Below, one piece after another: positions 9,707 to 21,051 of a DNA stretch of 63,908 bases (position 1 is the stretch's first letter; the number at the start of each line of letters is the position of its first letter). This DNA comes from Candidatus Aminicenantes bacterium (lineage in GTDB: Bacteria; Acidobacteriota; Aminicenantia; UBA2199): positions 1-63,908 of the forward strand of contig JAFGST010000177.1 in assembly GCA_016934475.1 (NCBI GenBank), given 5' to 3'. Both the position numbers and the translations under genes were made by a program. The notes under the pieces were generated by a model, which was not told where the DNA came from, ran no database searches, and saw only the letters and a program-made list of their open reading frames with translations.

Positions 9707-10464
9707 TGGGTGAAATCATTGCCGTTGCCAACCAGAAGGGGGGCGTGGGCAAGACCACGACCGCCGTCAACCTGTCGGCGGCGCTCGCTATCGCCGAGAA
9801 AAGGATTCTCCTGATCGATCTCGATCCGCAGGCCAACGCCACCACGGGGCTGGGTATCGACAAGAACACCCAGCGCAAGGACATCTATGCCGTTTTGACC
9901 GGAGGCGCTGGGATCCGCGAGGCCATCATCGGGACGGAGCTGAAGTACTTAAGCCTGATCCCATCCATGCGCAACCTGGCCCGTTTTGAGTTGGAATCGG
10001 TATCCGAGGACGACAATCACCTCTATCTGAAGAACGTTTTGCATGAATTGAGCGATGAGTACGCCTACATCGTGATGGACCTGCCGCCCTCCTTGGGCTT
10101 GCTGACGATCAACGCCCTGACCGCCGCCAATCACGTTCTGATCCCCATCCAGGCAGAGTATTACGCCCTGGAAGGGTTGTCGGACCTGATGAACACCATC
10201 AACCGCATCAAGGAGAACTTCAATCCCGGCCTGGGCATCAAGGGGGTCCTGCTGACCATGGTGGACGAGAGGACCAATCTTTCCAAGCAGGTCGAGGACG
10301 AACTGCGGAATTACTTCAAATCCAAGGTGTACGACACCGTGATCGCCCGCAACGTCCGCTTGTCGGAGGCGCCCAGTTTCGGCAAACCCATCCAGCTTTA
10401 CGATATCCGGTCGGCGGGTGCCCGGGCCTACATGTCTTTGGCCAAGGAGATGATGCGAAAATGA
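9706..10464 (+). CDS. parA: Chromosome partitioning ATPase ParA/Soj
   Basis: 252 aa with the deviant Walker A NQKGGVGKTTTAVNLS. Its start overlaps the rsmG stop by 1 nt. Confidence 0.93.
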   Translation: MGEIIAVANQKGGVGKTTTAVNLSAALAIAEKRILLIDLDPQANATTGLGIDKNTQRKDIYAVLTGGAGIREAIIGTELKYLSLIPSMRNLARFELESVSEDDNHLYLKNVLHELSDEYAYIVMDLPPSLGLLTINALTAANHVLIPIQAEYYALEGLSDLMNTINRIKENFNPGLGIKGVLLTMVDERTNLSKQVEDELRNYFKSKVYDTVIARNVRLSEAPSFGKPIQLYDIRSAGARAYMSLAKEMMRK

Positions 10465-11300
10465 AACGGAAAGTCCTGGGGAAAGGGATCGCGGCCATCA
10501 TTGCCAACGAGCCGACCGGGAGGAACAAGCTGATCGACATCGATGTGGACAGCATCCGGCCCAATCCCTACCAGCCGCGCAAGGTTTTCCAGAAAAATGC
10601 CCTGACGCAGCTGGCCGATTCCATGAAGAAGGAAGGAATCATCCAGCCGATCGTGGTCTACAAGAAGGACGAGTGCTACTTTCTGGTCGTCGGTGAACGG
10701 AGGTGGCGCGCCGCCCAGTTGCTGAAATGGGATAAAATACCCGCGCTGGTCAAGGAATTTTCCGACAACGAGGTCATGGCCAAGGCCCTGGTCGAGAACA
10801 TCCAGAGGGAGGAACTGAACGCCATCGAGATCGCCGAAGGCATCGAGGCCCTGATCTCCCAAAGCGGCCAAGGACAGCAGCAGGTTGCCGACAGACTTGG
10901 TATGAATCGCTCGACCCTCGCCAACTTCCTGCGGCTGTTGAAGTTGCCGGGTCAGGTCAAGGTGGCCGTCATCCAGGGCAAAATCGACCAAGGCCATGCC
11001 CGAGCCCTGCTGGCCCTGCGAAGCGAACAGGACATACTGACAGCCGCAAGCCGGATCATCCACAAGGAGCTTTCGGTACGGCAAGCCGAGAACCTGGTCA
11101 GGAAGTTCTACGATACACGCCGGAGGGAAACGGGCGGCCTCGACCCCGATATCGTTAAAATGGAGAACAAGCTGACCCATTGCCTGGCGACAAAGGTCAA
11201 GCTGCATTATACGCGGGACGGCAAGGGAAAGCTGGAGGTCTTCTTTGGTTCTCTGGCCGAATTCGAAAGGCTGTACGCCATCTTGAGCAAGGAGAAGTGA
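10461..11300 (+). CDS. parB: Chromosome partitioning protein ParB/Spo0J
   Basis: 279 aa with the ParB box GERRWRAAQ (CTP-binding motif) and an HTH region. It overlaps parA by 4 nt. Confidence 0.93.
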   Translation: MKRKVLGKGIAAIIANEPTGRNKLIDIDVDSIRPNPYQPRKVFQKNALTQLADSMKKEGIIQPIVVYKKDECYFLVVGERRWRAAQLLKWDKIPALVKEFSDNEVMAKALVENIQREELNAIEIAEGIEALISQSGQGQQQVADRLGMNRSTLANFLRLLKLPGQVKVAVIQGKIDQGHARALLALRSEQDILTAASRIIHKELSVRQAENLVRKFYDTRRRETGGLDPDIVKMENKLTHCLATKVKLHYTRDGKGKLEVFFGSLAEFERLYAILSKEK

Positions 11301-11301
11301 C

Positions 11302-11684
11302 ATGAACAAGATCGAGACGGGGACGAAGATCAGCGGCTTCATAGACAAGGAGACCGAGTTCATCGGTGACATCAAGTTCAAGGAGAATTTCAGGATCGAC
11401 GGGATTTTCAAGGGCAAGATCATCTCCGGCGGAGGCTTGATCATCGGTGAGACCGGCGAGGTCGAGGCGGACATCGAGGTCGTCAGTATTGCCGTCAACG
11501 GCCGGGTCAAGGGATCGCTCAAGGCCAAGGAAAAGATCGAGATTTTCTCCAAGGGGCGAATCATCGGATCGCTGGCCGCCCCCAAGCTCCTCATCGAAGA
11601 CGGCGCCTTCTTTCAAGGCTCCTGCCAGATGGAGATGAAGTCATTGGAAAGCAAGAACCGGGAAAGCGAGATCAAAACGGTGAA

Positions 11685-11688
<4 letters not shown>
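11302..11688 (+). CDS. Bactofilin (DUF583 polymer-forming cytoskeletal protein)
   Basis: 128 aa. The beta-helix repeats are typical of bactofilins (F.G.I...E.F.IDG.F.G.I......I.ETGEV.ADI....I.V.G.V.G.L.A.EKIEI...G...G). It starts 1 nt after the parB stop. Confidence 0.85.
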
Positions 11689-14001
<2,313 letters not shown>

Positions 14002-14019
14002 GACCGCCGCCGTTTCCCC

Positions 14020-14910
14020 CTAGGGGACCTTGACGAATTCGTAGAACACGCTTTTTACCATGGCGGTCACATTGAGCAGTAGAGCTTCCCGCGGTCCCAT
14101 GATGGCCGGGGCGGAGTATTCCTCATCCAGAAGATCCTCGGCGATCGAGGCGAGATCGTCAGTCCGTTTCAGTGCGCAGACGATTTTTTCCTTCAATTTC
14201 CCCGTTTCGGCCAGCGATGCCTCCAGGAACTCCCGGACCGCCCTCTCCCCACGGACCACGCTGTTGTGCGGCAGCGCCAGCACGGCGGCGTTGAGGGTCA
14301 TGAGCTTCTTCAACGACGCCTCGTATTGCATGTAGCTGGAGAGGAAAAGGGGCTTGATCCTGCCGTTACGCTCCATGACCCCGGCGGCATCCCCGGGAAA
14401 GAGGATATTTTCGGGCTTCAGCAGAAAGGAGAGGGAACAGCGCGTATGGCCCGGCGTTTCCAGCACTTCCAATTCCTGGCTCGAGGACAGGGGCAGCACG
14501 TCATTTTCCATGACCGCGCGCACGTTGTGCGGCTTGGAGAAGACCAAGCCCGAGCGGTCTTGCAGCATTTCCTTGAATTTCTGGTTCAGGCCGTCGATGA
14601 AGGCGATGGCCTTATCGCTGGCCAGTATCTCCTTGGTCCTTTGCGAGGCGACGATCTCGAAGCCGTACTTCTCCTGCAGGTGAGAGCAGGCGCCGGTGTG
14701 GTCGTAGTGGGAGTGGGTGAGCAGGACCTGGTCGATTTTTTCTCCTCCCAGGAACCGTTCCAGTTCATCCTCGATCTCCCGGGCCCTGGCCAGGATGCTG
14801 CAGTCGATCAAAAGGTTGCGGTCGCCGCGGATAACGTACAGGGGAAACATCGGGTCGCGGATCACGAACACGTTCCCCTGCAGGGGGGAGATTCCCCTTC
14901 GCCTCACCAT
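14020..14910 (-). CDS. MBL-fold metallo-hydrolase
   Basis: 296 aa with the metal motif THSHYDHTGA and a later ETPGHT. Confidence 0.85.
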   Translation of the reverse strand: MVRRRGISPLQGNVFVIRDPMFPLYVIRGDRNLLIDCSILARAREIEDELERFLGGEKIDQVLLTHSHYDHTGACSHLQEKYGFEIVASQRTKEILASDKAIAFIDGLNQKFKEMLQDRSGLVFSKPHNVRAVMENDVLPLSSSQELEVLETPGHTRCSLSFLLKPENILFPGDAAGVMERNGRIKPLFLSSYMQYEASLKKLMTLNAAVLALPHNSVVRGERAVREFLEASLAETGKLKEKIVCALKRTDDLASIAEDLLDEEYSAPAIMGPREALLLNVTAMVKSVFYEFVKVP

Positions 14911-15416
14911 GAATTCCAGCGATACAGCTCTGTGATTGGTCTGCGCGGACGCGCTCCGGGAAGGCGATGGGGATGCCCGAGGCTCATCAGCTCCACGATC
15001 CGCACCGGATCGGGGACCTGTAGAACCTCCTTGGCCTTGCCCTCGTCAAAGGAGCCGATCCAGCACGTGCCGAGTCCCTCGCGGACCGCCTGCAGGGCGA
15101 TATGGTCCAGCACGATCGCCAGGTCGATCGGGTAGGCCGGCTGGCCGCAGCGCATGACATATTCCGGATTCAGGGCGCAGGCGGCCAGGATGATCGCCGC
15201 CTGCTTCAAGAATGGCTGGTGGGGAGAGGCCTCGTCGGCCAGCCTGTCCCTTATCCGGGGATCAGCGACGATGATGATGCGCCAGTCCTGCTGGTTGCGG
15301 GCGGTGGGCGCTAGGCGTCCCGCCTCGAGAATACTGTCCAGGCATTCCTGGGCGACGGGGGCTTCGCTATACTCCCGGACCGAGCGCCGGCGCGCGATCT
15401 CGTCGATGATCCTCAT
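14904..15416 (-). CDS. Nitroreductase family protein
   Basis: RRSVREYSE..., APTARNQQDWR and the C-terminal layout fit the nitroreductase fold. I start it at ATG 15416 (MRIIDEIARRRS), which overlaps the upstream gene stop as ATGA. The track start at 15500 is rejected. Confidence 0.8.
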   Translation of the reverse strand: MRIIDEIARRRSVREYSEAPVAQECLDSILEAGRLAPTARNQQDWRIIIVADPRIRDRLADEASPHQPFLKQAAIILAACALNPEYVMRCGQPAYPIDLAIVLDHIALQAVREGLGTCWIGSFDEGKAKEVLQVPDPVRIVELMSLGHPHRLPGARPRRPITELYRWNSW

Positions 15417-16045
15417 AGTCGGATAACGCCCCCAAGGATGAAACCGAGCGATTCCATTTTGACCGCGGCCTGCGTATCGGCCAGGAAGCTGCCCAGCCAA
15501 CGGTTGTAGCGGAACTCGGCGAGCAAAGCCCAGCGGCCGAGCGGCAGTTCGTAGCCGAGAACGGCATTGTAGCCAAACATGAATTTCTTTGTATTATCGG
15601 ACAAGTCGAAGTTTTCTCCCTGCCCGGGCAGCTCCAGGCGATGGGAAATGACGAATACGCACTCCGGGCCCAGGGCGGCATAGGGCGAGGCGTTTTCCTT
15701 CAACCGGTATTTGAAGAAAAGAGGAACGGCGATGGAGCGGATGACGTAGATCCCGTCCACCGGATTGTCCGGCGAGTACTGAAGGGTGGTCTTGACCCCC
15801 TGGTCTTTGTACATGGCGTTGATTTCCAGCTTTATTTTCGCGTTCAGATCGGTGGCGCAGCCGATGCCGGCGCTCATTCCCTGCCTGGCGCGGGTGTCCA
15901 GTGCATTCCCGGCACTGGGAAATTGATACTTGCTCGAATTCATGCCGAGCAGGGCCTTGATTTCAACGGCGGAACTTGTCTGCAACAGGAAGCCAAGGAG
16001 CAAGAGGAACAACGCTGCTTTTTTCATCGGTTTTGAGGATAGCAT
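15413..16045 (-). CDS. Small outer-membrane beta-barrel protein (porin/OmpW-like size)
   Basis: 210 aa with a Sec signal (MKKAALFLLLLGFLLQTSSA) and alternating hydrophobic beta-strand pattern. AAGGAGAA lies upstream of ATG 16045. Confidence 0.6.
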   Translation of the reverse strand: MLSSKPMKKAALFLLLLGFLLQTSSAVEIKALLGMNSSKYQFPSAGNALDTRARQGMSAGIGCATDLNAKIKLEINAMYKDQGVKTTLQYSPDNPVDGIYVIRSIAVPLFFKYRLKENASPYAALGPECVFVISHRLELPGQGENFDLSDNTKKFMFGYNAVLGYELPLGRWALLAEFRYNRWLGSFLADTQAAVKMESLGFILGGVIRL

Positions 16046-16109
16046 AATCGCGTTCTCCTTTCAATGCGGGCGGGGTTGCCTTCACGTTTTCCCCGCGTCC
16101 GCGCCGGGA

Positions 16110-16138
16110 TTGACAGCGGATCGTCCATGAAGTAAAAT
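16110..16138 (+). promoter_or_regulatory. Predicted promoter of the riboswitch-btu operon
   Basis: TTGACA (16110-16115), 17-nt spacer, TAAAAT (16133-16138). Confidence 0.55.
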
Positions 16139-16140
16139 TG

Positions 16141-16295
16141 CCCTAGAGGCCTGATTCAAGGGAAGAGGTACGCCCCACAGCCCCCGCTGCCGTGACCGGA
16201 CCTGGAACCAGGAAGCATCTCTGAAAGCTTCAGCCACTGCCCCCGGGCGGGAAGGCTTTTTAGAGATTCCGGGAGTCGGAAGACCTATCAGGCAT
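16141..16295 (+). promoter_or_regulatory. Cobalamin (B12) riboswitch
   Basis: Core elements seen are AAGGGAA (16158-16164), CAGCCCCCGCUGCCGUGA (16178-16195) and GCCACUG...GGGAAGGC (16233-16256). A B12-box-like AGUCGGAAGACCUAUCAGGC lies at 16274-16293, and its AUCAGGC pairs with GCCUGAU at 16149-16155. The element sits upstream of a BtuF-like gene. Confidence 0.8.
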
Positions 16296-16416
16296 CGACC
16301 GGATTCCAAATATCTGCGGAGGGCAGATAGGGAAAATGTCGAGAAATTCATCCGCGGGCAACGAGCGCTGCTGCGAGACCGCGGCCAGGCTCGCCTTCGG
16401 TGATGGAGGATCGAGG

Positions 16417-17277
16417 ATGAGCCAGGGTCGTTGGGGAGCGGGTATCAAAGCCGTTCTGCCCCTGGTCCTGTTTCTTTCCCCTTTTCTCGGTCTTTGCCAA
16501 CGGGTCGTTTCCCTGGCGCCGGGAGTGACGGAGATCGTCTTTGCCCTGGGGCGCGGTGATTCCCTGGTCGGGATCACTACGTACTGCGACTACCCGCCGG
16601 AGGTGAAGCGCCTGGCCCGCGTCGGCGGATTTCTGGACATCAACCTGGAAGCGCTCGTGGCCCTCGCACCCGATATCGTGATCGCCTATCCCGAGCATGA
16701 AGAAAAAATTGTGCGCCTGAAGGGACGGATCAAGACCGTAATCGTCCGCCATGGCCGGCTGCGCGATCTGCTCGACTCGATTCTGAGGATCGGCCGCGTC
16801 CTGGATCGCCGCTCCGAGGCCGAAACACTGGTCTCCTCCATCGAGAGAACCCTCTGCCGCCTGGCCTCGCAAGCGCAAGGGAAAAGGAAGCTCCCCGTCC
16901 TCTTCATCGCCGGGCGGAACGCGGGGGAATTGAAAAACATGTTCGTCGTTGGGAAGAACGATTTCCTCAGCGAAATCCTGGAGATCTGCGGCGGGAAGAA
17001 CGCCTACGGCGGCGCCATCGACTATCCCAGCATGTCGCTGGAATCGGTGATTTCCCTTCAGCCGGAGTTCATTTTCGAGCTTTCCTCCCATTTCGAGGGC
17101 CTCGACGACCGGAGGATATTCGACCTGTGGCGTCCCTACGTCATGGTGCCGGCCGTTGCCAAGAAGCAGGTGCGGATCATAAGGGACTCATTTTGGCTGA
17201 GGCCCGGGCCGCGGGTCGGGCGCATCGCCGAGGAGCTGGCCCGGATGCTGGCCGCCGCCGGCTCGCCTGGAGGCTGA
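16417..17277 (+). CDS. ABC transporter periplasmic binding protein, BtuF/FecB-like (cobalamin inferred from the riboswitch)
   Basis: Class III PBP N-terminus (RVVSLAPGVTEIVFALG) after a signal peptide. I start it at ATG 16417, preceded by GGAGGA. The track start at 16336 would lie in the riboswitch expression platform. Confidence 0.85.
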   Translation: MSQGRWGAGIKAVLPLVLFLSPFLGLCQRVVSLAPGVTEIVFALGRGDSLVGITTYCDYPPEVKRLARVGGFLDINLEALVALAPDIVIAYPEHEEKIVRLKGRIKTVIVRHGRLRDLLDSILRIGRVLDRRSEAETLVSSIERTLCRLASQAQGKRKLPVLFIAGRNAGELKNMFVVGKNDFLSEILEICGGKNAYGGAIDYPSMSLESVISLQPEFIFELSSHFEGLDDRRIFDLWRPYVMVPAVAKKQVRIIRDSFWLRPGPRVGRIAEELARMLAAAGSPGG

Positions 17278-17280
17278 GCC

Positions 17281-18048
17281 ATGGGCGGCAGCTTGATTCG
17301 CGTCGCGGGCCTGCGCTATGTAGCCGGCGGACGGGTGATCCTTGACGGGCTTGACCTGGCGATTGAAAAAAATGATTTCCTGCTGATCATCGGCCAGAAC
17401 GGAGCCGGCAAATCCTCCCTGCTGCGAATTCTGTCCGGCATCCTCCCGGTTTCCCAGGGAGAGGTTCTGGTCGAGGGCAAAAGCATCGCCCATTATTCAA
17501 GGAGGGAGCTGGCAAAGCGGATCTCCTACCTGCCCCAATCTGACGAATTCACCCTGCCGATCCTGGTCAAGGACATCCTGCTGGCCGGCCGCTATCCGTA
17601 TCGTTCGCTGTTCGGGAAGCTCGGCCGGCACGATCTGGACCTGCTCGAGGAAGGCGTGGAACGCTTCCGACTGGGCTCCCTGCTGACGCGGAACATGCAG
17701 ACTCTGAGCGGGGGAGAAAGAAAGAAGGTGCTGCTGGCCACCTCGTTCATCCAGGATGTTCCCGTGATCCTCCTGGATGAGCCGGTGAATTTCCTGGATC
17801 CCGGCAGCGCCGTGCAATTGCTACAGATGCTGAGGGAGCTCCACGAAAACGGCAGGACGATCCTGCTGGTTTCCCACGAGATTGAGCGCTTCTTCTCCGC
17901 GTCGACCAAGATCCTGGCCTTGAAAGGCGGAAAAAATCGGTACTTCGGCACAAAGGTATTCTCCCCCAGCCTCTTGCAGGATGTTTTCCAAGTTAATTTC
18001 GAGCGCCTGAGACGGGGGGATAAGGAAATCATCTACCTGAATGAGTAG
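17281..18048 (+). CDS. ABC transporter ATP-binding protein (BtuD/FecE-like)
   Basis: 255 aa with Walker A GQNGAGKSSLL, signature LSGGERKK and Walker B ILLDEP. Confidence 0.9.
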   Translation: MGGSLIRVAGLRYVAGGRVILDGLDLAIEKNDFLLIIGQNGAGKSSLLRILSGILPVSQGEVLVEGKSIAHYSRRELAKRISYLPQSDEFTLPILVKDILLAGRYPYRSLFGKLGRHDLDLLEEGVERFRLGSLLTRNMQTLSGGERKKVLLATSFIQDVPVILLDEPVNFLDPGSAVQLLQMLRELHENGRTILLVSHEIERFFSASTKILALKGGKNRYFGTKVFSPSLLQDVFQVNFERLRRGDKEIIYLNE

Positions 18049-19015
18049 AAAACTACTTATTCTCTGCCTCGTCGCCGCTTTCCTGCTGGTTCTCGTTCCC
18101 TTCCTGGGGATCATTCCCGTTGGGTGGGCCGACGTCCTCCGCGAATCCCCCGGGCATTTCATCTTCTGGAGCCTGCGCGTCCCCCGGACCCTCGTCGGCT
18201 TCATCGCCGGGGCCTCGCTGGCCCTGGCCGGATTGGTCTGTCAGAACGTTTTCAAGAACGATCTGGCGACTCCCGATCTGCTGGGAATCTCCTCGGGCGC
18301 CGCTGCCGGAACGGTGATCGCGCTGAAATTCAAGCTGCGCCTCGCTGTTCTGGGGATGAGCGGCCTGCATGTTTTTTCGTTTGCGGGAGCGCTCTCGGCC
18401 GTGCTGCTCATTTTTTTCATCGTCCGGGTCGTTAAAAACGTCTCGCTGTATACCTTCTTGATGTGCGGCATCGCCATCAACTTCTTCTTTTCTTCGGTCA
18501 TCGTGTTCTTTCAGTATGTCTTCGATTACGCCGACACCTTTTCGCTGCTGCGCTGGATGATGGGCGGGATCGCCAATGCCGGATATAGGGAGGCCGCCCT
18601 GTTGCTCGTTTTGCTGCTGCTATTTCTCCTGTTCATCCTGTTTTTTGCAAGGGAGTTCCAGATGCTCTCGGCCGGAGACGAATTCGCCGCCGGCCGCGGC
18701 TTAAACGTGGGGCGCTTCCGGGCCTTTTCCTTTCTGGTGCTAGCCTTCTTCATCGGAGCCGTCGTCTCCGTTTGCGGCCCCATCGGTTTCATCGCCCTCG
18801 TCGTGCCCCACGTGTCGCGCTTGTGGGGGGGGAACCGCTTCCAGGCCACAGTGGCCATCACGTTCTTGCTGGGCGGTTGCCTGCTGGTTTCCGCCGACCT
18901 TCTGGCCCGCTCCCTGGTTCCCCCGCTGGACATCCCGGTCGGGATCGTCACCTCCATGTTCGGGGCGCCTTTCTTCCTGCTGCTTCTGCTGGCGCAACTG
19001 CGAAAGGCCGGCTGA
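18041..19015 (+). CDS. ABC transporter permease, FecCD/BtuC family
   Basis: 324 aa, polytopic. RVPRTLVGFIAGASLALAGLVCQ and the C-terminal GAPFFLLLL are typical of FecCD permeases. It overlaps the ATPase gene by 8 nt. Confidence 0.9.
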   Translation: MSRKLLILCLVAAFLLVLVPFLGIIPVGWADVLRESPGHFIFWSLRVPRTLVGFIAGASLALAGLVCQNVFKNDLATPDLLGISSGAAAGTVIALKFKLRLAVLGMSGLHVFSFAGALSAVLLIFFIVRVVKNVSLYTFLMCGIAINFFFSSVIVFFQYVFDYADTFSLLRWMMGGIANAGYREAALLLVLLLLFLLFILFFAREFQMLSAGDEFAAGRGLNVGRFRAFSFLVLAFFIGAVVSVCGPIGFIALVVPHVSRLWGGNRFQATVAITFLLGGCLLVSADLLARSLVPPLDIPVGIVTSMFGAPFFLLLLLAQLRKAG

Positions 19016-19019
19016 ACGG

Positions 19020-21041
19020 CTATTCTCTTTTAAGGCGCAGCTCCCTGAAGCCGACGATTAGCGACGGCGACGAAGCTTTCAGGACCTCGAAGGTCACGCG
19101 GCTCTCCTTTTCCAGGTTGGGCACCGAGGTTTCGAAAGGCCTCATTTCGTCCTTTTTCACGTCGCGGAAAAGCAGCTGGTCAACCATGCTGTCGTTGGCA
19201 TAGACGCGAAGGATCAGGTACTCGGCCTCGGCGGGATAGGTGAGTCCGCCGTGGATCATCACCCGTTGCGCCCTCGTCGCCGTGAAGGAGTTGCCGATGA
19301 CGATGGGACGGCCTTCCATGTCGGTGATCTTGCGGATGCCGACCTCGGCGCCGGGGACGATGACCTTGAATTCCCGGATATCGCTCTCGGCCACGACGCT
19401 CCCGCCGCTGTCCACGGCCCGCACCTTCCAATAGGTCCAGCGGTTGCGCTTCAGCGCTTTCCAGGTCTCGGCGTCGGGAGTGTAGCGGAAGCGCTCGGGG
19501 CAGTCGATCCAGTTCAGCTCCGGATCGTTGCTCAGCAGGGAGACCAGGGCTTCGCTGAAGGCGATCTGGTAATAGGAGCCCCCCGGGGCGCTTTTCCAGG
19601 AGAACTCGGCGGTCTCGTCCTCCTTGACGACCGCGCCCTCGCGCAGGGCCGAGATATCGATCGTATTCTCGAACGGCAGCACGTAATACCTCAGGGTAGG
19701 GAAGACGGCCGATTCGTCCACGGGGCGCGTCAGCTCGACGGTGACCGTGTGCATGCCGGGATCAAACATGGGCAGGCCGGGGACGCCGCGGGTGGCGATG
19801 GTCTTGACCTGGCCTTGGTACGTCGTCTCGTTGAAGAACTCGTAGGGCCGGCCGTCCACGATCCAGTATCCGGAGACGATCCCGGTGCCCCTCAGCTTCA
19901 TGCGCAGCAGCGCCCGGATGTTCTTGGAGTTCTTCGGGACCACCTTGTAATACTTGCCGTTATCGAGGGAGAGCTCGGCGATCTCGAGGTTCACCTGGTC
20001 GCTGATGCCCAGGATCCGCACCGCGGCCTGGAAGGGTTTTTGGCTGGCCCCGTTCTCGTCGCGGGCCGTAACGGTGTAGTTCCCGGGGCGCGTGAAGGCA
20101 TGGGTCGTCGTAGAGGGCCCCGAGACGGTCTTTCCGTCCCCGAAGTCCCAGAACACCTGCTGGCCGCGGAAATTGACGGCCACGAACGTCACGGGCTCGT
20201 CCACCCGGGCTTCAGCGGGGGAGACCTGCAGGGAGCGGTTTTCCGGGAGGACGGTAATCGCCTTGCTGGCCGGCATGATGTCCATCAGCCCGTGCTCCTT
20301 GGCCGTGATGGTGAATGTCCCCGAATTTTGGTAACGGTGGCTGACCATTGCCGAATAGGTCGTCTCCGGGGTGCCGTCGCCGAAGTTCCAGTCGATGGAC
20401 GAGGAGGCGAAGCCGAGGGCCTGGAGGGCCACGGCCTGGTCGACTCGCGGCATCTCGGGAGAGTAGACGATGCCGCGGGTGAACGCCAGCGTCAGCGTGA
20501 CCGGCGTGGTCGTGGTGTCGCCTCTCCAATCGTAGGCCTTGACGATGTAGTTGCCGGCCTTGGCGTAGGTGTGCGTGACCTGGTTTCCGACAATGGCGTA
20601 GACTGTCCCGTCGCCCATGTTCCAGGTGATGCTGGAAGGGGTGCGGAAGTTGTTCGCCGTGAACACGATGGGCTGGTTGAGGACGGGCTGGGCCGGCGCG
20701 GTGGTGATGGTCCGGTTTTCCAGGATGGTCACCGTGCGGTACTCGTCGCCCATTCCGGGGCAGCTCGGAGTCGCCGTGAAGTTATAGCGGTTCATGTGCA
20801 CCTGGTAGGTGCCGGGATTTCTGTAGGCGTGGTAGCGCCAGTCCTGGTTGGCCGGCACCCCGGTAAGCACTTTTCCGTCTCCCCACTCCCAGCGGGCCGA
20901 TGCCGGATCGGTGCAAGTGAGCCGGAAGCCCATGTTGTCCCCGACGTTGGCCGTGCCCGAGGAGGGATTGGTGAGAATTGCGGCGGGCAGGGACAGGGCC
21001 ACAAAGAACAGGATCGAGACGCAGAAGAGGGCTTTTTTCAT
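19020..21041 (-). CDS. Secreted protein with four PKD-like repeats and an uncharacterised C-terminal half
   Basis: 673 aa with a Sec signal (MKKALFCVSILFFVALSLPAA). Four repeats are marked by WEWGDGK, WNMGDGT, WNFGDGT and WDFGDGK. GGAG lies 6 nt before the ATG, which is 10 nt after the upstream gene stop. Confidence 0.8.
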   Translation of the reverse strand: MKKALFCVSILFFVALSLPAAILTNPSSGTANVGDNMGFRLTCTDPASARWEWGDGKVLTGVPANQDWRYHAYRNPGTYQVHMNRYNFTATPSCPGMGDEYRTVTILENRTITTAPAQPVLNQPIVFTANNFRTPSSITWNMGDGTVYAIVGNQVTHTYAKAGNYIVKAYDWRGDTTTTPVTLTLAFTRGIVYSPEMPRVDQAVALQALGFASSSIDWNFGDGTPETTYSAMVSHRYQNSGTFTITAKEHGLMDIMPASKAITVLPENRSLQVSPAEARVDEPVTFVAVNFRGQQVFWDFGDGKTVSGPSTTTHAFTRPGNYTVTARDENGASQKPFQAAVRILGISDQVNLEIAELSLDNGKYYKVVPKNSKNIRALLRMKLRGTGIVSGYWIVDGRPYEFFNETTYQGQVKTIATRGVPGLPMFDPGMHTVTVELTRPVDESAVFPTLRYYVLPFENTIDISALREGAVVKEDETAEFSWKSAPGGSYYQIAFSEALVSLLSNDPELNWIDCPERFRYTPDAETWKALKRNRWTYWKVRAVDSGGSVVAESDIREFKVIVPGAEVGIRKITDMEGRPIVIGNSFTATRAQRVMIHGGLTYPAEAEYLILRVYANDSMVDQLLFRDVKKDEMRPFETSVPNLEKESRVTFEVLKASSPSLIVGFRELRLKRE

Positions 21042-21051
21042 CGTGGGCTCC

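Noticed and set aside
14017-14026. Palindrome CCCCTAGGGG between pyrG and the MBL gene, and CCCGGCCGGG at about 35923-35932, as regulatory or terminator elements
   Set aside because: Both are too short, leave no loop for a hairpin and have no flanking U-tracts. One includes the MBL stop codon. They are probably chance GC-rich palindromes.
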